Positions 14,801 to 28,446 of a stretch of DNA of 64,000 bases are shown here, piece after piece. The notes beneath the pieces are model-generated. The model saw only the letters and a program-made list of their open reading frames with translations, was not told the origin of the DNA and did no database searches. A program made the position numbers and the translations under genes. This DNA comes from the human T2T-CHM13v2.0 reference genome, Homo sapiens. Location of the stretch: NCBI GenBank assembly GCA_009914755.4, contig CP068257.2, positions 29,312,001 through 29,376,000 on the forward strand, in the 5' to 3' direction. The stretch's first letter is position 1. Each line of letters begins with the position of its first letter.

Positions 14801-15100
14801 GCCGGGCACGGTGGCTCACGCCTGTAATCCCAGGACTTTGGGAGACTAAGGCAGGCGGATCACGAGGTCAGGAGTTTGAGACCAGCCTGGCCAACATAGT
14901 GAAACTCCGTCTCTACTAGAAACACAAAAATTAGCCAGGCATGGCAGCGCGCACCTGTAGTCCCAGCTACTCAGGAGGCTGAGGCAGGAGAACCGCTTGA
15001 ACTCAGGAGGCGGAGGTTGTGGTGAGTCAAGATCTCGCACCACTGCACTCCAGCCTGGGCAACAGAGCAAGAGTCCATCTCAAAAAAAAAAAAAAAAAAA
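14801..15100 (+). mobile_element. Alu SINE (full length, sense) with near-perfect 15-bp TSD and A24 tail
   Basis: 'ggccgggcacggtggctcacgcctgtaatcccaggactttgggagactaaggcaggcggatcacgaggtcaggagtttgagaccagcctggccaacatagtgaaactccgtctctactagaaacacaaaaattagccaggcatggcagcgcgcacctgtagtcccagctactcaggaggctgaggcaggagaaccgcttgaactcaggaggcggaggttgtggtgagtcaagatctcgcaccactgcactccagcctgggcaacagagcaagagtccatctc' plus A24. Flanks 'agtaatatatttttg' (14786-14800) and 'agtaatacatttttg' (15101-15115). Confidence 0.97.
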
Positions 15101-16147
15101 AGTAATACATTTTTGTCCAGTGTAGCCAAGAAAATGCTGGAAACAAGAGCTGTTTCCGTTTCTGCCTTACTAACATCACAAAAAAAAAAAAGAAAGAAAG
15201 AATAAAACCTGCCAAAAATACTATTCTAAATGTTTAAAGGAGACTTTCAAATGGGAGATGAATAAAATTATTTCCATAAAAGATAAAGATAGAAGCATCA
15301 GAAATAATCAAAGAAGCAGCAGCAACTTTTTACTGAATCAAAAATTGATCACAATGAGAAATATATCACTTGCTCCTACTTACAAATAGTTGTTCCTATT
15401 CTCTTCGGCAACACTGAACTATGTTTTCACGCTAATACATCCAGTAAAATTGCTTCCTATTTTTATTTGTGATTTTCATTACTGATTCCACTTGGGACAG
15501 AAATAAATAGAATATGTGCATCAGGATCTCCCTAGCAATTTTGCACCAACCTCATGTGGTTCTGTCAATGAAGGCAATTATAATTCTGAATGAATATGCT
15601 TGATGTTCACTTAGCAGGAAACTGAACTCAGAGAAGATTTTTGCCCTTTCATTTTAATGTACACACCAGGTGGCACCCAAAGTAGTCAAATACAAATGTC
15701 TCCCACCCTGTATTCAAAAGAAATAATCATAGTACCAGGAGCTATCAAATCAGAACATTTTCTCGGGCACGGAGTGACATAAAGGGATAACAATATCTAA
15801 GGGCCACATACCTGTTGTTGCCCAAAGACACAAGGCAGGAACCATAAACCAAAAAGAAACACCTGTCCAGGCTGAAGGCAGCAGGACTTATTTACCAGAT
15901 AATTGTATCCATAAGTCCTTGCACTGCCCAAATTCTCACTTTACACACAGAAACTTCAAGGACTAACTTTTATGATTCAGATTCTAGTTGGCTTTATAAT
16001 GGCCCACCCAAAGATACCAGGTCCCAATACCAGGAACCTATAAATGTTACTTTATAAAGAAAAAAAAGATCTTGCAGATGTGATTATTGGGAAAGTTGTC
16101 CTGGATTATGCAGGTGGGCTTTAAATGCAATCAAAAGTGTCCTTATG

Positions 16148-16438
<291 letters not shown>

Positions 16439-18379
16439 GAGAGGGGGTGCCCTTACAAGAAAGATGCAGAGGGCAATTACGCACACACAGAGGAGAAGGC
16501 AGTATGATGAGAGAGGCAGAGATTGGAGTAATGTGGGCACAAGTCAAGGAACTCTGGTGAGCACCAGAAGCTGGAAGAGGCAAGAAACTAAACCTTCCCT
16601 AGAGCCTCCAGAGAGAACACAGCCCTGCCTACACCTTGACTTCAGCCCAAGGAAACTGAGGTTGAACTTCTGGCCTCTAGAACTGTCAGAAAATAAACCA
16701 TCCAGCGTGCAGTAAGTTGTCACAGCAGTCACAAGAAACTAAGACATAGACCCAAGTCATCTTATTTTTCTACTTCCCTTCCAGCCCCCCACGTCATCCA
16801 AACTAAATTTGCCATCCCCATTATGCATACCTATGTCTCTATGCTTTCTTGATTAGAATACCCCATTTCTCTGAAATAAACCTTATGCATCCTCAAAAAA
16901 TAATTCTCATGTCACATTCTCCACATTTGAGGTTGAGATTTCAATGTCCAAATGAAGGGCTCTCCAAAGCAGATTTATACAACCACCAAGATCAAAGATA
17001 GATTTAATGCTTTTTTTTAAGATAATTAACTTTTAATTACATGTATAGTATAGCCCGGTTCCTAGAGAAGTTTCCGGTTTGTTCAGCTCAGTCAAACCAT
17101 GGCAGGAGGAGGATCAGACCCTTATCCCCACACAAATTGACCAAATCCTTCACCCTCTGTTCCCTGTGGCCTGTGAGTATCTCAGCTGCTGGACAATGAC
17201 CCCTAGTGATGGTCCCTCCGAGTTCCACACTCTAGGGTGGCTGGTGCCAAATCACATGCAGGCCTCTTTCTGATATTGTGGCTGGTGGTCCTTTGTCTGA
17301 TTCCCACTTTGAGGGCTGTCTGCTCCTGGCTCCATTTGAGATGCCCTTTCAATGCCTTCTTCCCTCATCTCCCAATGCCAGTCTCAATCTGGAGTTGGGG
17401 AACAAAAAAACCTGTTTCACACCGAGCCCCATGGTTATTTTTTTATTCTGTATCTTGGTTTTTTAAAATAATTTTTAAAATTAATCTTTCATTGAGTAAG
17501 CAAACAACATACATTATAAGAAAGAAATTTAATCAGAAGGATATAAAACAGATGTGAAATTTTCCTTTTCATCTCTCCCAATCTCTCCTCCATCTCTCCA
17601 GAGTTGACAATATCTCTAAAATCCTGCTAAGTATTTTCTCTAACTACATTATCATATATATGACCTGTATGTCCTAAAAAGTTATTTTATATTTTATTTT
17701 AAAATACAGCATACAAACAAGGTGTATAAGAAAACATACATGGACAGTTTAAAGAATACTCAAACCTGTAAACTCACCACCCAGATAAAGAGAGAATTAA
17801 CATCCCTCAGAAACCCTCCTATGTCTCTCCCAAATTGCATTCCCTTTCCAGCCCCTTAAAGGTATCCTGATTTTTATGTACATCATTCCCTTGGTGGTCA
17901 TTAGATTTGTTCGTGATTGTTCTGGCTCTCTCCTTCTGGCCACTTGGTAGAACTGCACTTGCCCACACACTGATACTACGCTTGGTTATGTCACTTTTTT
18001 GGCAAAAGAAACGTGGTCAGAAGCGACTGGGTTGAAGCTTTCAAAAATCAATGTGAGCTTTGCCACATCCTCTTTCTCTGTCTGCCTCTGGCCATGCTCT
18101 GGATGGTAGCTGCTCCGCAGCTCAAATCCTAAAGAAACAAAACCATGACTTCAAGCCACTGAAGTTTTGGGATTGTTGGTGACCAAAGCAGAGCATAGGC
18201 TACCCTGGCCAATACAATCCCTGTGCTTCTCAATATAGTTTTTATCCATTGAGTACAACTGCAAACAGCGTATTGTTCAGTTTGACTGTCTGTTATCTTT
18301 ACCTAAGTGCAAGCCAGTGACACACACTATCCTCTGATTTTCCAATGTTTTATTTTTAAAGTTAGTCATATTGTATATG

Positions 18380-18560
18380 AGTTGAACATGTTGTATGTAG
18401 TTGTTAATTTTTACAACTATATAGCATTCCACTGCATGAATATACCATGATTTATCCATTCCAACATTGATCCACACTTAGGCTCCCATTGGGGAACATT
18501 ACAAGGAGGTATCCTTTTTAGGAGTAAGAGTTTCTCTAGATGGATACTCAGCAGTAGAAT
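18380..18560 (+). mobile_element. Probable ancient L1 3'-region fragment
   Basis: 'tacaactatatagcattccactgcatgaatataccatgatttatccattccaacattgatccacacttaggctcccattgggg' resembles L1 'aatagtattccattgtgtagatataccacattttatttatccattcatctgttgatggacatttgggttgtttcc'. Family and boundaries are uncertain. Confidence 0.45.
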
Positions 18561-21500
18561 TTCACCTGAATTCCAAGCTAGTTCATTTCACTTTTATATA
18601 CCCTAACCTACACATACCAGGAATAATTTAAGGCCAGGATATTTGTTTCTCTTTCTGTCTACATGTTTCTCTCATTTGAAATTTGCTGTGCTGAGGGCAG
18701 TTCCACACCAATGGATACAGTCACTCACAGACTAACAGCACGATGGTTAAGAGGTGGCATCCCTACACCCTCAAACAACATTCCACAGAGTTTCTCTTAA
18801 ATTACATTTATAGTTTTTCAAAGGGAAAAGTAAGTCCTCTTCAATAATTTATGTTTTGTTTTTGACCCTCTGTTAATATGATTTGGAGACATTTACTTTC
18901 TTCTAGACAAGCAAATTACATTAAATCTAATTTAATGCCGTGAACTATTTAGCAACTATTAGGAATATGGAATATGCTGGGCATTGTGAAGGCGATCAAG
19001 TCACACAAAACAAAGTCCTGGCTCTCAGGATACAGCCATGATCCTAGTTGAGAAAAGATTTAAGCCTTTCCATCCATTCAAAGCAATGTGAACTCTTATA
19101 ATGGCACCTCACCATCGAAATCCAGACACCTGGCAACTTTGTCTGTTTAGGTTGCCACCAAGAAGCAATCCTTTGGTAAGAAAGATGCCACAAAATGCAT
19201 GCAGTATGCATAGGGATTCCCTTGGTCCTTACAGCCTATTAATACTTTTAGTGCCCACAGTTTTATTAAGCTAACATCTGGTTTATAAGGCTACCACAAG
19301 TCAGGACTAGCAAGTAAAAGGCGGCAAGCAAGAGCAAGGACAAGTGACAGCAAACTTGTGACAGCTAGGGAGAAGACCAAAGAGCATAAAATGCAGATAA
19401 GCACACTGACACATCAAGTGAGGCATACAAGGACGAGCTGCCCTTCACGAATCAATAAGTCCTGAGGCATTCTGCATTTCAGCAGAGCCTAGAAAACAGC
19501 TGTGCCTACTAATGGCCTTGGTGTATCAGGAAAAGATGACGCAGGCCCAGTCTATTCTATGTAAGCAGCAAAGTGAAGGTAAAATACAATTTAAAGGTCT
19601 TCTATCTAAAGAGTTATGCTGTTAGAGAGCTCTGAATCTGAAGTCAACATATTTTCCAGGTCAAAATCTCGGGTATCTAACTATTATTTCTTTTAAGCTC
19701 TATTATATGCCATGAGCTATGTACATGTTCCTCCACCTCAAAGACAAAGGCCATTATCCTTATTAAATTGAGACACAGAGAGGTTAAGAAATGTTCTCGG
19801 TCACACATATGCCACCTAGTTAATCCAAGATACGTACTCTTGTCTTTCTGACTCCAAAATCTATGCTGTGTCATTATCCCACGTGGCTCTATGTATCCAA
19901 AAGTCACCTTTCTAAGGTTACTAAAATGGTACATTTTTCTCTCTGTACATTTTACAAAATTAATAGTAAAAGGTTTAAGTTTATAACCCAGAGTTATCAG
20001 TATGCTTGAGTTACATATCTGCCTTAGGGAATAATTAGATATCTAGGTTGCTACTGTGTTTAATTTGTACCTACCATATGCCCTGGTGCCCTGTGGAGGA
20101 ATGGATGAAGAATCTTTCGGCTGACTGCTGAGTTCCCCAGATCCTGAGATCAGAGACTGCTGGGAGGTAGGGGCGGGCTTCCCACCAGAACTTCTGGAGG
20201 TCAGCCTGGTAGCAGATGAAGCAGGGTGTCCTGGCCCATCCCAACACAGCAATGGAGGCTGTGTCACATAAGCATATTTATTCAGCAAATGCAGACTTCT
20301 GAGTTTTGTTCTAAAAAGGCAGTTTATGGAAAGAGCTGAAGTAGAAAAGAAAGCTCCTGGGCACACCCAGCAGCATCCTTGGGAACAAGGACAGATCCTT
20401 GGAGGCCACAAACACACCTAGCCACACATTCATAAAGAGCAGAACTAGAACTAAGGGGAGACCAGAAATCTCAGGGATCAATACATAACAATTTAATTCA
20501 ATACTTGAAAATATAGCAATGAATAGAAAAAGTTAATGACTAACAAAATATTATGAAGTAGGATTCATATTACTAATTTTTCCCTTTGCTTCAGGATTCA
20601 ATAGGGCTTTGCACAACAGAGAGCTAACAAAAGTGGTTTTTTTTTAAAAGGAGGGTGATTACGTGGTTATAGAAAGCTAATGATTTGGGAGATAATTTTT
20701 AAATTATCAATTTCACTAAATGAAGGAAACAGTAATTATCTTCTTGCAGTCTTGTTAAGTCTGGGAGACTCATGCAGCATGAAATAGTAATTCTCAATTA
20801 TAAGTCTGCTCAAAACATCCACCATGAGAGGTCTGGCCAAGGAACAATCTTAAAAGCAGCTTAAAGGTACTGTCAGATTGCAGAGCCCAGTGATGCTGGG
20901 CTTGGCCACATGACTGACTTTGGCCAGTGGAACATGGGCAGAAGGGAAAGACTAACAGTACCAAGCCTAGGCCTTAGGAGACATCAAATGTTTCTACTCT
21001 CTTCCCTTGCAGTTCTACCATTGTCATGAATACCCTGCTTGTCCCCAAAAAGTGAGAGTCACGTGAATCCAAGATAAACTAAACTCATGGCTGGAAGCCA
21101 AACCCAGCCAACCATATTGGGATCATCAGAGCTCCCCAGCCACTCCTGAGGTGCAAAAGTGGACAATAGACGCTTATTCCTGTGGAATTTTGTGACTGTC
21201 TGTTACACAGCAATAGCTCATTGATGCATTCTCAGTACACCAAAATATTCAGTAGCTTCTTAAGCTTTTGTATGGATCATTGATTCTCAACCCTGAGTGC
21301 ACAATAAAGTGGATATTCAATTGTCAGAATACCAATGCCCAAGTCTCATCTTAGACTGGTTGTTTCAGAATCTCTAGTGGTAGCTCCTGGATATAAGGCT
21401 TTATTTTTAGCTTTTAGCTTTTATTATTATTTTTACTTGACCCATAAGAATTGTACATATTTATGGAATACGGTGTGATTTTTTTTTCAGTTTCCCAGAT

Positions 21501-22865
21501 AATTTTAAATGTGCATCCAGGGTCAATAACATTGATGTAGATACGAAGGTACAGAAATATCTCTAGCATGAAGAAGTGCATCTGTATCCCCATTTGCTGT
21601 GACTAAACAATCCCTCTCCACTGCCAGAGAACTTTGATGGGAGGCAGGTCTGCAGGGGGAGTTATACAGTGTCCAAAGTGTCCATGCAGTGAGGTGATGG
21701 CTATGCCTGGTGAGCTACACAGAACCAGAGGACTACACTAGAATTTGTGTGTTATGAAAATATTTGTTGAGATCATAAGTTGAAACAGATGGACTAATAA
21801 AACAGACTAGATGGAGAATAGAAGTTAACATGTGGAGTCAAACTGAGAGGAGGAAGGATAGGGTTGATGAAAAAGAGAAAACACTTGGACTAGAAAAGCA
21901 AAAATTGGCTAGAAGTTTTCCATGGATTCCAACGGCATTGGAATCACCTAGGAAATGTAGAATCTCAATGCCTATCCCAGTTCTACTTCATCAGAATCTG
22001 AATTTTAATCAGATTTCCAGGTGATATGTATGCACATGCAAGTTTGAGAATTGCTACTTTAGCAAGTTCCAGAAATGAAGTGCATGGACATCCAGATGAT
22101 TTCCATACTCTGCTGCTGTGTGATTGTATAGACCAGCACAGTCACACTGGGATTGAGATGGGACATAAAGTGGCAGGGGTGCATACATTCAACGAACCCA
22201 ACAGCTATTCCAAATTATTTAAATTTTAAATTTAAAAGAATGAGGGTTAAGCCAGAAGAAATTCTGATTTACAATAGTGAGACCCAAGCACAGATAATTT
22301 TCAAAAGTTACTGAGATGATTCTAAATCAACAGCCAAAGTTGAGAATCACCACTTTCTGCCCTTTAAAATTAAAACTTGTCCTTATCAACTATGATGCTA
22401 AAATAGATTAGTATATATGCTTTAAAACTTCTATACTGAAAGCTTGGTTCATACATGACTTCTATCTACAAAAGCTAATGAGAAAGCAAAGATTGACACA
22501 AAATATTTTACTTTGTCATTACATTGTCTATTTTTCAAGAGAAAAGAACAAAACAAAGTATAATTGTATCATTTAGTGTTTTGGCCAAAAACACAGAAAC
22601 TCTTCTAGGAAATTCCAAATAGGAAGTGATTTAATACACAGTTAAATGATTACAAATCTCTGAAAGAGGTGGAAGAGTCAAGCTCAGCCCACACTGTTGC
22701 TAGCTCTCAAGTATGCCATTCATTTTCAGAGAATCAAGAAATTGCTACTATTCTCTAGACCTGGAATTGGAAAAACACTACTGACGACCACTGATGTGTG
22801 GATCCCCAGGGTGGTGATACGCAAGAGAATACCTAAAGGATCTTGCAAGGGTTGGTGTCCTAGTA

Positions 22866-23185
22866 AGTCCAGGCTGCTATAGTCAGTTAGCAAAGACTGG
22901 ATGACTTAAACATGGATTTTTTCATAGTTCTGGAGGCTGGAAGTCTGAGACAAAGGTGCCAGCATGGTCAGGCTCTTGATGAGGGCCCCCTTCATGGTTA
23001 TGTCCTCCCATGGTCTCTCCTGCATGCAGGTCGAAAGGAAGCAAGCTTTCTCTTGTCTCTTTTTATAAAGGCTCTAATCTTATCATAAGGGCTCCACCTT
23101 AATTACCTTCCAAAAGCCCCATCGCATTGAGGATTACAGTTTCAAAATATGAATGTAGGGCGTACACAAACATTTAGTCCATAGT
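22866..23185 (+). mobile_element. ERVL-MaLR solo LTR, MLT1-like
   Basis: 'ggctgctatagtcagttagcaaagactggatgacttaaacatggattttttcatagttctggaggctggaagtctgagacaaaggtgccagcatggtcaggctcttgatgagggcc...ctttttataaaggctctaatcttatcataagggctccaccttaattaccttccaaaagccccatcgcattgaggattacagtttcaaaatatgaatgtagggcgtacacaaacatttagtccatag' matches the MLT1 pattern ('..tgctgtaacaaattaccacaaacttagtggcttaaaacaacacaaatttattatcttacagttctggaggtcagaagtccaaaatgggtctcactgggctaaaatcaaggtgtcagcagggctg..ataaggacacttgtcattggatttagggcccacc..'). Confidence 0.75.
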
Positions 23186-24338
23186 AGATGACCTTCCACA
23201 TGTTGTATAATCACAGACCATGCTTCCCTTTCTCCTTTGTTGATGAAAAAGCCAAACTCTGTAAAATATTTGAACAAATTTATTCTGAGCCAAATATGAG
23301 GCCCATGACACATGACATAGCCTCAGGAGGTCCTGAGAACATGTGCCTAAAGTGGTTGGGTTCCAGCTTGATTTTATACATTTTGAGGAGACAGAAGTTA
23401 CAGGCAAAGACATAAATCAATACATGTAAGTTTTACATTGATTCAGCCTGGAAAAGTAGGCCATCTCGAAGTGGGCAGGGGGAGGCTTCCAGGTCATAAG
23501 TGGATGCAAAGATTTCCTAATTGGCAATTGGCTGAAAGAGTAAAGTTTTGCCTAAAGAGTTAAAGTCAGCAGAAAGAAATGCTTGGGGTTAGAATAAGGT
23601 GGGAGTTGGGGGTGGAAGCCAAGGTTTTGCTACGTAGATGAAGCCTCCAAATAGCAGGCTTCAGAGAGAATAGATGATAAATGTCCTTTATCAAACCTTA
23701 AAAGGCATTAGACTCTTAGTTAGATCTCTCCAGGATCAGGAAAATACCTGGAAAGGGAAGGGGATTCTCTACAGAATGTAGATTTTTCCCACAAGAGACA
23801 GTTTTGCAGGGACATTTCAAAATAGATCAAAAAATGTATTTTGGGGTAAAATACTTCCATTTCTTTCAGGGCCTGCTATCTCTTAATGTGATGCTATCCT
23901 AGAATCAGGCTGGAATATGGTACTTTATTGCTACAAACAGACTGTTTTGTCACTCTTAAAATATCTGGTTTAATGTTAATGCTGGTCAGTTGTGCCTAAA
24001 TTCCAAAGGATGGAGAGAATAATGAAGCATGTCTGACCCACCATTCCCATCATGGCCTGAACTAGATTTTCAGGTTTCATGGCTATCTTCTTGCCTGAGA
24101 TAAGGGGTCCTTTCAGTCAGTTGGAGGGCTTAGAATTTTGGTTTTGGTCTACACCTTCCAAATCATGAATAAATCCCCTCCCACCCCATTAGTAGAAACT
24201 AAACCAAAACCCAGCTGGCCAAGGATTCTTAAAATTTCAGCTCCCAAACTTCCAAATACCACAATAGAGAGGAGAGAAATTCAGCAAAATAGCACCTGTC
24301 AGTAACAAAATGGTAGTTAGAAAGACCAGGTTGCTTTA

Positions 24339-24672
<334 letters not shown>

Positions 24673-24776
24673 AAAAGGAAAGAGAGAGAGAAAGAAGGAA
24701 AGAAAGGAAGGAAAGAAGGAAGGAAGGGAGGGAGGGAGGGAGGGAGGGAGGGAGGGAGGAAGGAAGGAAAAGGAAG
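24673..24776. repeat. (GGAA)n/(AGGGAGGG)n purine-rich simple repeat derived from the Alu tail
   Basis: 'aaaaaaggaaagagagagagaaagaaggaaagaaaggaaggaaagaaggaaggaagggagggagggagggagggagggagggagggaggaaggaaggaaaaggaag', about 100 bp of pure purine on + immediately 3' of the Alu. Track ORF 24442-24834(-) with (SLPP)n is its translation. Confidence 0.93.
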
Positions 24777-24809
24777 ATTTGACTAACAGGCAGAGTTTAA
24801 GAGCAAACT

Positions 24810-24980
24810 CTAGAGTCCATAGCCTGAGTACCAATCCTGGTTCAACCCCTTACTAGATGTGTAATTTTGAGCAATGCCTCAATGCCCTCACCAGCAAAAT
24901 GGGGATGATAATAATAATTACTTCATAGCATTGTCATGGAGAGTGATTGTGTACATTAAGTACTTAAGAAATATATCTGG
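24810..24980 (+). mobile_element. MIR SINE
   Basis: 'agagtccatagcctgagtaccaatcctggttcaaccccttactagatgtgtaattttgagcaatgcctcaatgccctcaccagcaaaatggggatgataataataattacttcatagcattgtcatggagagtgattgtgtacattaagtacttaag' parallels the MIR consensus core and tail. Confidence 0.8.
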
Positions 24981-25068
24981 CAGAGAATTATCACTCCGTA
25001 AATGTAAGCAAAAATGATATAGGTGAGGCAATTTTTGAATTAAAGGAATCACTTTTTTGTAAATTTAG

Positions 25069-25437
25069 TGTTATGAGCTGAATATTTGTGTCCTCCCAAA
25101 ATTCATATGTGAAGTCCTAACCTCAAATGTGATGGCCTCTGGAGGTGAGGTCTTCAGAAGACAATTACTCTTAGATGAGGTCATGAAGATAGGGCTCTCA
25201 TGATGAGATTAGTTCCCTTATAAAAAGAGGAAGACAAAGTACATACACTGAGGAAAGGCCATGCAAGCACATGTCAAGAAGGTGGCCATCTGCAAGCCAG
25301 AAAGAGAGCCCTCCCGAGACACCAAATCTGTCAGCACCTTGATCTTGGACTTTCCAGCCCCCAGAACTATGAGAAATAGAGTCTGTTGGTTCAAGCCACG
25401 TGAGTCTATGGTATTTTGTTACAGCAGCTCAAACTGG
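25069..25437 (+). mobile_element. ERVL-MaLR solo LTR (MST/MLT-like)
   Basis: 'tgttatgagctgaatatttgtgtcctcccaaaattcatatgtgaagtcctaacctcaaatgtgatggcctctggaggtgaggtcttcagaagacaattactcttagatgaggtcatgaagatagggctctcatgatgagattagttcccttataaaaagaggaagacaaag...catgcaagcacatgtcaagaaggtggccatctgcaagccagaaagagagccctcc...cagcaccttgatcttggactttccagcccccagaactatgagaaatagagtctgttggttcaagccacgtgagtctatggtattttgttacagcagctcaaactg' is the classic MaLR LTR architecture. Confidence 0.85.
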
Positions 25438-25702
25438 TGATGACATTGAGTAAACTACATTTGTGTATAATCTGAGAAGATTTTTCCAGGAGGATTATAA
25501 ATATAGAAGAACATAGTTGTCAAGAATTAAGATCTTCATTCTGAGCAGAATCTAAACTCTTTTCATGCAAGAAATTTTTATCCTCAGGTCCTGTCCAGTT
25601 TCTTACAATTGATCTGATATTTGAAGATGGATGTGATAACTGTGCCCCTGCTGAGGAGAAACCTAGAATCTCTAAAAAGTAAAGTAGTGGAATCTGGCAT
25701 CA

Positions 25703-25815
25703 GATGGTCCCAGGTCCTGTCCCAACTCTACTAACTGCTTGCACAGAGCCCCTCAAGGCATCACTTAACCCCTCTGAGCCTCAATTATTCATCTATCGAA
25801 AGGAGATAAGGACAA
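25703..25815 (+). mobile_element. MIR SINE core fragment
   Basis: 'tcccaggtcctgtcccaactctactaactgcttgcacagagcccctcaaggcatcacttaacccctctgagcctcaattattcatctatcgaaaggagataagg' resembles MIR '..cccggctctgccacttactagctgtgtgaccttgggcaagttacttaacctctctgtgcctcagtttcctcatctgtaaaatgggg..'. Confidence 0.7.
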
Positions 25816-26167
25816 AACCATATCCAGATAAATTTCAATGAGCTGCTGTATTAGAAAAAACTTCTGAAACTATCATACAAATGTTAATTGGTATTATTAG
25901 TGAAGAAACCTTTTCCAAAAGACCTCAAGCACAGTGCTGAGCATTCTTAGGATTTCAAAAAGTTACTTTGAAAATCGGCGCTCTTGTCTCCATCTCAATC
26001 TCCCTACTCCTATAACTTTTGGCTTCTGTTAAACATCTGGTCAGACTTAAAAGAGCAAGTTAGAAGGGGAATTAGTCATTTTACACAACGTCTTAGTTAA
26101 TTATCTACTACAGAGGTAAATAAATAAGACTTTGTTGTTTAGTTTTTTGTTCGTTGTTGTTTTGTTA

Positions 26168-26297
26168 TTTTTTTTTTTTAGAGATGGGGCCTTGCCACAT
26201 TGTCCAGGCTAAACTCCAATTCCTGGGCTCAAATGATCCCGCTATCTCAGACTCTCAAGTAGCTTGTACTATAGGTGCATGTCACTGTGCCTGGCAG
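26168..26297 (-). mobile_element. Alu-family monomer-like fragment (old, FLAM/FRAM-like or truncated Alu), antisense
   Basis: Poly-T then 'agagatggggccttgccacattgtccaggctaaactccaattcctgggctcaaatgatcccgctatctcagactctcaagtagcttgtactataggtgcatgtcactgtgcctggc', the reverse complement of an Alu monomer lacking the internal 'ggagtgcagtggcgcgatc..' block. Confidence 0.65.
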
Positions 26298-26675
26298 GAC
26301 TTGTTACTTAAATAATCAATACATCTGAATCTTGACCAGAGATATGCATGCATTTTTTTCCAGCCATGTCTTCCAGGTTTCCAAGCAGCATTTATCTTTA
26401 CCTAGCTGTGCTACACGTGGTTGTGCAGGTAGCGCACTGCACACACAGGAGGGTGACATCACATAGCCTGATGTCCTCTAGAGCTTTGCAAAACAGACCT
26501 GCCTAGCTCTGCACGGCAGCCTGATTTGGCCAAATACTTTTCTCTGTCACTCAGGGACCTATCTTCCAAGAAATAGCCCATAGATATATAGTCTTCACCT
26601 TCCAGATTCCCTACTAATTGAGATTTGGAAATGTTGTTTATCCTAAATTTTGTGTCTCTCATTACCAGCTAATAG

Positions 26676-27075
<400 letters not shown>

Positions 27076-27262
27076 AAAATTCTTAATAATGTTTTGAACA
27101 AGGAGCCTGCATTGTCATTTTGCACTGAAAATTATGGGCCAGTCCCAATGATTAAAGTAAATAAAATTCAAAAGCTCATCAAATTGTATCCAGATATGAG
27201 AAGGCTTATAAAGAAGTTGTCAGCAGGGATGCATGTATTAAGATCTGCAATAACCTGCACAG

Positions 27263-27365
27263 GTGGTCTACCTCAGAATCATTTGGAGAGTTTGTAATGT
27301 ATGCAGATTCCTGGGCCCACATGCTGGAGATTCTGATTCAGTAGGTGTGCAACTCTGGTGGGTTT
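27263..27365. mobile_element. MER5-like hAT-Charlie MITE fragment (family name tentative)
   Basis: 'gtggtctacctcagaatcatttggagagtttgtaatgtatgcagattcctgggcccacatgctggagattctgattcagtaggtgtgcaactctggtggg' resembles the remembered element '..cagaatcacctggagggcttgttaaaacacagattgctgggccccaccc..agagtttctgattcagtaggtctggggtgggg..'. Confidence 0.5.
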
Positions 27366-28146
27366 ATGTGTGTTTGTGTGTGTATGTGGGTTTCTTTTTC
27401 TTTTGTAAATGTCACGTCATTCCAGCGTGCAGCCATGTCAGGAAATTATTGCTTTGGGACATGCTACATCTTACGAAGAAGTGGAATCAGAAGGAGTCAA
27501 TTTCAGTGTAAGCCCGTAAGTTGTCCTTCACGTGTTCACTGAGATTAGGGTGTCTCTTTGCTCTGCTCTGCTATTGAAATTCCTTTCCCAGGAGCCTAAG
27601 AAAAAGACTTCAAACCTTAAACATGGGAGAAATGGCTTTTAAAAGTCAAGCATCTTTTAATCAGATGGTGTTAAAAATCTAAGATTAAAAAGTTAGGAGC
27701 TTTTTGCATTTTTCCCCCACTCCTCCTATCACTGGAGGATTTTTAGTGACTGGAGAGGGTGTTTCAAAACACCCCTGAATGGTCACAACTTCAGAAAAGA
27801 GAATATGGGGATAGGAAAGTAAAATGAGATTGTTTGGTACATGAGTATCACTCTGGAAAATTCCATGGATGGGAGGATGTTCCAGGTGCACATTTTAAGC
27901 AATAACTCAGCACAGAGTCAGATTGTGCAGTGTAACAAAACTGTCCTTAGCTGCATATTTGTCAGTCTTTCTGGAAGGTTCTCAGCTCCCCCAAGATGGC
28001 AGCTGGCTCTCGTCCCTGAGGTCAGAAAGAACCCCTCCCCCGCTGCCCTAGGACTCACAGATTCCTTCACAAAAGACACAAATTCTGCATGGTCAAAGCA
28101 CATCACACATGTTCTATTTTCAAGTTTCTCTGTTTTATTGTGTTTG

Positions 28147-28446
28147 ATTTTTTTTCTTTTTTTTTCCTGAAACAGGATCTCACCGTGTTGCCCAGACTGC
28201 AGTGCAGTGGCACAATCTCAGCTCACTGCAACCTTCACCTCCCGGTTCAAGCAATTCTCCTGCCTCAGCCTCCCGAGTAGCCGGGATTACATGTGCACGC
28301 CACCATGCCCAGCTAATTTTTGTATTTTTAGTAGAGACAGGGTTTCACCATGTTGGCCAAGCTGGTCTCAAACTCCTGACCTCATAATCCCCCACCTCGA
28401 CCTCAAAAAGTGCTGGGATTACAGGTGTGAACCACTGCACCCATCC
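28147..28446 (-). mobile_element. Alu SINE (full length, antisense)
   Basis: 'ttttttttcttttttttt' then 'cctgaaacaggatctcaccgtgttgcccagactgcagtgcagtggcacaatctcagctcactgcaaccttcacctcccggttcaagcaattctcctgcctcagcctcccgagtagccgggattacatgtgcacgccaccatgcccagctaatttttgtatttttagtagagacagggtttcaccatgttggccaagctggtctcaaactcctgacctcataatcccccacctcgacctcaaaaagtgctgggattacaggtgtgaaccactgcacccatcc'. Confidence 0.95.
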
